From Leidyana gryllorum EB-2025a (lineage: Eukaryota; Protista; Apicomplexa): 64,000 nucleotides of DNA. Below, in pieces: positions 62,951-64,000 of this stretch (position 1 is the stretch's first letter; every line of letters starts with the position of its first letter). Both the position numbers and the translations under genes were made by a program. The notes beneath the pieces were generated by a model. That model saw nothing but the letters and a program-made list of their open reading frames with translations, was not told the DNA's origin and made no database searches. The DNA lies in NCBI GenBank assembly GCA_048772705.1, contig JBLWGC010000230.1, forward strand, positions 1,116,001 to 1,180,000. The letters run 5' to 3'.

Positions 62951-64000
62951 ATGGTTAGATATGGCTCGGCTGAATCAATTCGGTGTTGTTTCAAGCTCTC
63001 GGTCACCTCCTGTCCGGTGCTGACAGTGGGAATCTTCATCATCGCTGATAGCTCATCTGGCTGACTGGTGGTGAGGACCAAAGTCCACAAGGGCACGATT
63101 TTGATGGCGAGCATCACCATCACTTCAACATGTTTGATGGGCGGCGTCCAGAGGCACAGAGCGAGAGGAGCCCAATAATACAGCATAGCACTAATGCATA
63201 GTTTCACACAGATCAGAGCGTCATGACTTACATTCCAGACAACCGTCTCAATAATTGCTTCTGACCGTCATTGAACTGGTCCCTCCCGCGCACAAAGTTC
63301 AAGCGGTACTGGAAAAGGATACCACAAACAGCTCTAATAATGACGACCAAGACACCCATATCTGAAATCAAGTCACAAAAGATACATTCCCGCCCACAAC
63401 GAAACTCACATGTGCCAAACAAGGCGCAATAGGGGCTGATGCCGAAGCCACCTAAGCGGTCTCCTAATCTCAATCGCATTATGTATACAGATTGATATCG
63501 AAGTTCTTCCCAAAACAGAAAGAAGAAGGTGCTCCCGCACATGGCACGAGTGATGATCGTAAAGACTTTGTCATCTGATCCAACTCGTGACCGAATCAGT
63601 CCAACGCCTTCCATGTAGAAACACATTAGCACTGTCAGAAACGCTCCAACTGTGGTCTCCAACAGCATGGACACATATTTAACCACATTCACGCCTAGAC
63701 CATCCAATCCATAGATTAGATAATGACCTGTTATCAGCCAGGTACTCAAACACTGAAGGAGACCAGCAAGATACAAGCAGACAAGCTCTGTGATGTTTGC
63801 GTGAGGCGCCAGTCAAAGGTACTTACGGACGTTAAGATAGCCTCCACTCAATGCTCTGTAGTACCGCAGTGCTCTTTGAGCAAGAATGACACAGATGAGA
63901 GAGAAGATGAGGTAGACCTCAAGGATCCCGCGATCTTGACAGCTGAAGTGCTTGATGAAAAGACCTCCTGGGTTTTCGAAGGACAAGCTGTATTCGACAT
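62947..64000 (-). CDS. GPR180/TMEM145-like multipass membrane protein, 3' part
   Basis: HFSCQDRGILEVY, H.LIYGLDGLG motifs and 6-7 hydrophobic helices; truncated by the window edge. Confidence 0.65.

Overview
Gene-dense eukaryotic DNA with no prokaryotic organisation: short GT-AG introns (mostly ~30-55 nt) and very small or absent intergenic gaps. A CPW-WPC repeat protein and an alveolate-type GAPDH ([10 protein letters not shown] loop) point to an apicomplexan, most plausibly a gregarine-like lineage (inference). About 30 protein genes are supported: TM9SF, RluA- and TruA/Pus3-type pseudouridine synthases, eIF2A, three tandem GAPDHs, ADP-forming acetyl-CoA synthetase, an ankyrin + DEDDy exonuclease, QTRT2-like, TRMO, a Vps50-like tether, DcuA, an aspartyl protease, ProRS, a Pho80-type cyclin, myosin, RPL18a, CPW-WPC, a Tim17-family protein and a GPR180-like protein. 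Highlights: (1) an intronless bacterial-type anaerobic C4-dicarboxylate carrier DcuA with an added acidic loop, in the same window as a bacterial-type ADP-forming ACS and amplified GAPDH, suggesting an HGT-assembled anaerobic energy module; (2) eIF2A spliced in frame to a Pro/Gly/Tyr-rich tail ending in a GYF domain; (3) extreme compaction, with convergent genes sharing palindromic stops (TCATGA, TTAA, CTAG), divergent genes possibly sharing CATG, and QTRT2-TRMO only 7 nt apart. No tRNA, rRNA, CRISPR array or transposon was recognised. All family assignments are from motif recognition, not database searches.
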